This document shows positions 59,155 to 64,000 of a stretch of 64,000 bases of DNA, one piece after another; within the stretch, counting starts at the first letter, position 1, and every line of letters starts with the position of its first letter. Position numbers and translations under genes: made by a program. This stretch comes from Acidimicrobiales bacterium. GTDB lineage: Bacteria > Actinomycetota > Acidimicrobiia > Acidimicrobiales > CADCSY01. The DNA is taken from assembly GCA_030446545.1 (NCBI GenBank), contig JAUJNB010000012.1, positions 8,913 through 72,912 on the forward strand, given 5' to 3'. The notes beneath the pieces were generated by a model. That model was not told the DNA's origin, did no database searches, and was given only the letters and a program-made list of their open reading frames with translations.

Positions 59155-59583
59155 TCATCGGCTCGGGTTCTGGAAGCAGAACGAGACCTGGGCGTTCTCG
59201 GCCGTGTTGAACTCGTCGGAAGTGATGTCCTCGAAGGGGGCCTTGCCGTAGCTTTGCTCCAGGACGGCCCGGGCGTACCGGCCGTAGACCTGGTTGGTGA
59301 ACTGCACCTGCTCGCGCAACTCGGCCGGTGCCTCCGAAGCGATCTCCTGCTGGAGGCGTTCGATGGCCTCCACGGTGCTCTTGATCTCCAGGTTGGACGT
59401 CGCCCGCCGGATCAAGGCGAGGCGGGCGTCCAGCAGTTCCTCCAGAGGACCGCAATAGGGCCCCCCCTCCGGCTCGTTGGACTGCTCCGGCGCTCGAGAC
59501 AGGAAGCCGCCCTCGGCGCCGTTGCATGCTGTGGACGCCATGAGAAGCACCAAGCAGCAGCAAAGGGCATGGCGTCGACGCAT
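59155..59583 (-). CDS. Hypothetical helical lipoprotein (lower GC)
   Basis: Intact 142 aa. Signal peptide MRRRHALCCCLVLLMASTAC. Visibly AT-richer codons than the neighbours. Confidence 0.5.
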   Translation of the reverse strand: MRRRHALCCCLVLLMASTACNGAEGGFLSRAPEQSNEPEGGPYCGPLEELLDARLALIRRATSNLEIKSTVEAIERLQQEIASEAPAELREQVQFTNQVYGRYARAVLEQSYGKAPFEDITSDEFNTAENAQVSFCFQNPSR

Positions 59584-59748
59584 ATCGATCTGACACTAGT
59601 GGCCCGGCTCTCCTCGTCGCCATGCACCACGCTCTCCCCGCTGCCGCACGGCCACGCTGAGCGTGCGCCGGATCGTGAGGGGCATCCCTCTCGTCCAGCT
59701 GCGGCACCGGCAACCGATGTTCCGGACAATGTGCGTCAGCTTCCCATC

Positions 59749-60153
59749 ATGACCGCACCCGTCGACCCTGCACCCAGCCGCCGATTGCCTGGCGGGGTTG
59801 GTGGAGAACATGGCCGCCGAGGCTCTCGACCGTCCGTCCCCGTGCGAGTGTTGGCGCGTCGCTGCCCTGCTCGATCACGTCCACGGCTCGGTCTGGCCTT
59901 CCCCTCGCCGCCGCCAAGTCCCCACCTCCTGGCGGACCCAGCGGCGACGCCGCCCAGCTGGTCGCCGATTGGCGCCCAAGAATCCGTGGGCGTCCGCGCC
60001 CTCGCCGACGACTGGAGCGACCCGGTCACGTGGGAGGGAATGACGGCAGCCGGCGGTGTCCGACCTCCCCGACCGCATCCGGGCGTGTCCGGCCGTGACC
60101 CCGGATGGCAGCCACCCTTCGCCGCGTGGGCGGCTCAGCTGAGCAGGCGGTAG
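59749..60153 (+). pseudogene. Remnant of a DinB/mycothiol-maleylpyruvate-isomerase-N (TIGR03086-like) gene, frameshifted and short
   Basis: ENMAAEALDRPSPCECWRVAALLDHVHGS in one frame and ALADDWSDPVTWEGMTAAGG in another. The total span (~135 codons) is shorter than the family as I recall it. Confidence 0.35.
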
Positions 60154-60211
60154 CTGGGGCGTGGGAGCGGCGATCGCTAGCCGGTCGCCGCTCGTCGGTC
60201 GTACGGCCCGC

Positions 60212-63200
60212 TCAGATGTCCTTGGCCATGTTGGCGAAGCGGGTGTAATGGTCCAGGAAGGCCAGGCGGTCCATGCCGGTGGGGCCCGAGCGGTGCTTGG
60301 CCACCAGGACCTCGGCCGTGCCCCGGTCGGGTGACTCGGGATGGTAGAGCTCGTCTCGGTACAAGAACACCACCACGTCGGCGTCCTGCTCGAGGCTGTT
60401 CTCGACCACGATGCCGTTGGCCACGAAGTTGTGGGTCTCGGCCACGGTGGCGTCGAAGACGGGCTGGGTGCCTCGGGGCTCGATGGCCACGACCGGATCC
60501 CAGCGGACGTCGGCCCGGGCCCGGCGGTCGAGGGCGGCGTCGTCGAGGGCGGCCGCCACCTGGGCCAGGCGGTGGCGGCTGGAGACCGTTCGCCCCCCTT
60601 CCGAGCGCCCGCTCTGGGCAGCCATGCCGGCCAGGGCGTGGTCGGGGGAGCAAAGGGATGCCCACTCGGGCCGGTTGCCCCTCGGCTCGTCCGTGACCCG
60701 GTCGCCGGCCATCATTTCGACGAACCGCCCGCGGCTCTCGTCCCCCTGGATGCTCAACCGGGCGCGCCCGGGCTCAACACCGGGCCCGGGGAGGGTCACA
60801 CGACTGTGGACGCCCAGGCGAAGGAGGAGCGTCTGCAAGTCGTCGAGCAGGCGGGTGTTGGCCGAGACGCAGTGCAGACGGGGTCGATGTCCGTGGTGCG
60901 CACGCCCCTGACCCGGAGGCCACAGGGCGTCGAGGAAGGCGACCAGCGCCTCATCGGGCAGGGCGAAGACCGCGGGGGGGATGACCGGACGGTCGGCCGT
61001 CCCGCCGTCGACCGTCTCGGCCACCTCCAGGGCCACCGCCCGGACTCTTGCGGGGTCCCAATCAGCGCGTTGGCTCGGCACCGGCACCCGCCGGGGGACG
61101 GCCACCCGGGTGCCCAGGGACAGCTCGTCGAGGCGGAGCCATCCGTCGACGGTGAGGAACGGGTGGTTGGCACTGGCGTCGATGCGCCGGCCCGACCCCA
61201 GCCGGAGTTGGAAGACCGGCTTGGTCCCGCTCGGGAAGACGTGGGTCATGGTGCCCGGCACCAGCGCCAGGTCGCGGTCGAGCGTCCAGACCGGGATGTC
61301 GCGCTCGCCGCTGAGCAGCAGCTCGCCCATGGTCACCTCGGCCCCGGTGTCGGAGCGCAGCACCCGGGCGTCGGCGGTCAGGCAGCCGCTCTCGCGGAGG
61401 TCGGCCAACATGGGGCGCTTGTCGGCCCGCAGCTCCAGGCCCCGGGAGAGCTGGGAGAGGGCGACCACGGGCGTCTGCAGCTCGCGGGCCAGGACCTTGA
61501 GCCCCCGGCTGATCTCCGACACCTCCACCTGTCGGTTCTCGGCACGATCGCGCCCGGTCATGAGCTGGAGGTAGTCGACGATCACGATGCCGAGATCTCC
61601 GAGCCTCGACTTGAGGCGCCGGGACTTGGCCCGGATCTCGAGGACGGTCGCCCTCGGGTTGTCGTCGATGTAGAGGGGGGCCTCGGCCAGGCGGCCGATG
61701 GCATGGCTGATCTTGGTCCAGTCGGACTCTGCCAGCCTGCCGTTGCGCATGCGGGTGCTGTCGACCCGCGCCTCGGAGGCGAGGAGGCGCTGGGTGATCT
61801 CCAGGTGGCTCATCTCGAGGGAGAAGAACAGCACCGGACGGTGAGCCTCGAGCGCAGCGTGAGCGGCCATGCCGAGGGCGAAGGCGGTGTTGTGGACGAA
61901 GATGTCGGCGGCCACGAAGTTGTGGTCGTCGGGCACGGTGAGGTCGTAGACCCGGGCCGGGCCGTCGGCGTCGATGGCCACGATCTCGTCCCACAACACG
62001 GTGGTGGACGCCGGCGGCGCCGGACGGTGGGTCCCGGCGGGAGCGGGCGCAGTCCACGCCGAAACGGCGCCACCCGGGGCATTGGGTCGGGGCGAGGCGG
62101 CGTAGGCCAGCGCCCGAGGGGCCGGGCTGGGCGTGGGCCGGTGCCCCCCGGCACCGCCACCATCTGGTTCGAGCCGGTGTTCCTCGTGCTCCTGATGGCG
62201 GGCCCGTCCGAGGAGGTTGGCCAGGGCGGACTCCTTGGAGAACATGCCGATCTGGGTGACCAGGGTGCGCACCTCGGCTACGGAGGTCACCTCGAGCTCG
62301 TGCGCCGGGCCCCGCCAGCCCTGGCGCTGGATGACCCGCCGGCGGTGGCGGGCGTTGATGCCGAAGCGCAACAGTAAGTGGGCGACGTCGGCCACCAGGG
62401 CCTCGGACCGGCTGCAATAGGAGATGCAGGCCCCCCCGCCGTCTCTGGTCGACCACCAGGCCGAGCCGTCGGCCCCCAGCAACCGGTTCAGGAACAGGGC
62501 CACCTGGTGGCGGGGCAGGCGGAACACCCGCTCGGGGACCGACCGGCGGTGCGGGCCTGCGTGCAGGTGGCTGTGGCCGTCGAAGAGCCCGAGCCAGGGA
62601 GCGGGCCCACCGGGCGGGGGGCGGAGGCGACAGGCGGAGGTGCCGGGCACGCTGCGATCGGCCACTGCGTCGACCCCGAGCTGCCGGGCGTGGTCGACCA
62701 GATCGTCCATCACCACCCGGGAGGCGGCGGTGAAGCGCACCGAGGCCCCGGTGTGGGCTCCGTCGCCCAGGAGGTAGGCGAGGAGGACGATCTCGGGCTC
62801 AGGCCTCGGTTCGTGACCGAACAGCGCCAGCTCCCGGGGAACGGCGACGGGGGTCCCCACTGCCACTTCGGCCAAGGGCCGCCAGCCCGTCGGGGTGAGG
62901 AAGGGGTGGGCGGCGGTGGTGCGTACCTCACGGCCCAGTCGGGTGCGGACCCGAAAGACCGGCTTCATCCCGTCGTCGACGAAGGCACTGGGGCGGCGCA
63001 GGCGGAGTTGGCCGTCGAGGGCGCCGAGGCTGGTGACCTCGACCCGGTCACCCCGGCGACCGGCCCGGTGCACCTCGTCCAGCGTCCGACGGGAGCCGGT
63101 GGCCGGGTCGACGAGCAGCGTGTCGCCGGTGAGGCACTTGCCGGTGGCGGGCCGGGCCCCCACGATCACCAGGCTGGAGGGCTGCAGGCCGGACAAGAGC

Positions 63201-63810
63201 TCGTCGAAGCCCCGGTAGCCGGTAGGCACCCCGGTGATGCTGTCGGCCTTCTCGTAGAGCATCTCCAGACGGGTCAGGGTGTGGTCGAGGAGGTCACGGA
63301 TGGGCGCCATGGTGTCGCTGACCCGGTGCTGGGCCACGTCGAAAACCATGGCCTCGGCCCGGTCGACGGCCTGGGCCACGTCGTCGGGGACCTGGTAGCC
63401 CATCTCGGCGATCTCCCCGGCCACGGCGATGAGACGGCGGAGGAGGGCGTGCTCGCCGACGATGCGGGCGTAGCGGGCGGCGCTGGAGGTGGCCGGGGTG
63501 CGCACCTGGAGCGAGACGAGGAGTCCCGGGCCCCCGATGTCACCGAGGAGGCCGGCCCGGCGCAGCTCCTCGCCCACCGTCACCGGGTCGGCCGGCTCGC
63601 CGGCGCTGTAGAGAGAGGTGATGGCGTCGAAGATGTGGCCGTGCACCGGCTTGTAGAAGTCTTCAGACGAGACCCCGAGCTCGGAGGCGGCGACGATGGC
63701 GTCCTTGCTCAACAGCATGGCACCGAGCAGAGACTCCTCGGCCTCGAGGTTGTAGGGAGGAATCCGGCCGTCACCCCGGCTCGAGCCGGGGAAACCTCGG
63801 CGACGGCCAT
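60212..63810 (-). CDS. dnaB: Replicative DNA helicase DnaB interrupted by two inteins (one apparent frameshift near 63765 at the extreme N-terminus)
   Basis: ATG at 63810 follows AGGAGG. PPYNLEAEESLLGAMLLS. Walker A GARPATGK|C. LFFSLEMS, IVDYLQLM, SRGLKVLARELQTPVVALSQLSR, LRESG|C, SLEQDADVVVFLYRDE, VAKHRSGPTG. Confidence 0.95.
60398..61384 (-). mobile_element. Intein 2 (329 aa) at the DnaB LRESG/S(I/L)EQD site, with a degenerate endonuclease domain and a non-canonical C-terminal Glu-Asn
   Basis: ESG|CLTADARVL .. SANHPFLT .. LVAFLDALW..LLDDLQTLLLRLGVHSRV .. VFDATVAETHNFVANGIVVEN|SLEQD. TGC at 61382-61384 and AAC at 60398-60400. Confidence 0.85.
61889..63136 (-). mobile_element. Intein 1 (416 aa) in the DnaB P-loop, with a LAGLIDADG homing-endonuclease domain
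   Basis: GK|CLTGDTLV .. TAAHPFLT (block B) .. LLAYLLGDG and FLNRLLGADGS (LAGLIDADG motifs) .. VYDLTVPDDHNFVAADIFVHN|T. The boundaries were checked codon by codon (TGC at 63134-63136, AAC at 61889-61891). Confidence 0.9.
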
Positions 63811-64000
63811 GCGGGAAGCCTCCTTCGGCGAGCCTGTGGGGTGCCAGGGGAACAACGCTGTGAATTAGGGGGAGCTACCTGTGGATAGGTGGACAGGGGG
63901 CCTGGGCCGCCCACCGGCCGCCCGTCGTCCCGACGCCGCGTCACGGCCGGACGAGCAAGCTGGCGGAGCGGTGCGTGAGGAGACGGCTCGGCGCCGGGTG

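Overview
This is a 64-kb, high-G+C (by eye above 70%) chromosome segment of Actinomycetota type.

**Left part (1-25.5 kb).** It opens with the conserved origin-proximal block: parA-parB, trxA-trxB, an ECF sigma and anti-sigma pair, a Ser/Thr kinase, degV, murJ, a DUF6049-like gene, a GNAT and cca. Next come amtB, an antisense 4-Cys mini-ORF, glnB and glnD, then a membrane cyclophilin. The block ends with a ~5.3-kb gene for a giant poly-acidic tandem-repeat surface protein carrying an LAVTG sorting signal.

**Middle part (25.5-51.6 kb).** Reading frames here are clean and the content is mostly housekeeping and envelope functions:
- NUDIX hydrolase, M1 lipoprotein peptidase, Cu/Zn SOD, PAC2, hemolysin-III, a CBS-citrate synthase fusion, a GNAT, a lytic transglycosylase, an alpha/beta hydrolase and a PQQ sugar dehydrogenase.
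- A GtrA / methyltransferase / prenyltransferase-like / methyltransferase / GT4 cluster.
- A MazF-RHH pair, lnt, a sortase and a HemD-OmpR regulator.
- A lower-GC three-gene toxin-like cassette.
- narK and a nirA-Rieske fusion.

**Right part (51.6-64 kb).** It holds a nas-type operon (FeS-DmsC fusion plus a NasA-like molybdoenzyme), typA, a J-domain protein, a small lower-GC lipoprotein operon, and dnaB interrupted by two inteins.

**Sequence quality.** Many genes in 1-25.4 kb and 51.7-58.1 kb can only be read after 1-nt frame corrections. Every shift I could localise sits in a homopolymer run. I interpret these as sequence-quality artefacts rather than gene decay.

**Not seen.** No rRNA, tRNA, CRISPR array, transposase or integrase.

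**Most interesting candidates.**
- The giant repeat protein and its sortase.
- The toxin-like cassette inserted into the nitrate-assimilation locus.
- The 11-bp-phased GlnR/OmpR-type operator arrays.
- The fused or unusual nitrogen-assimilation enzymes.
- The double-intein dnaB.
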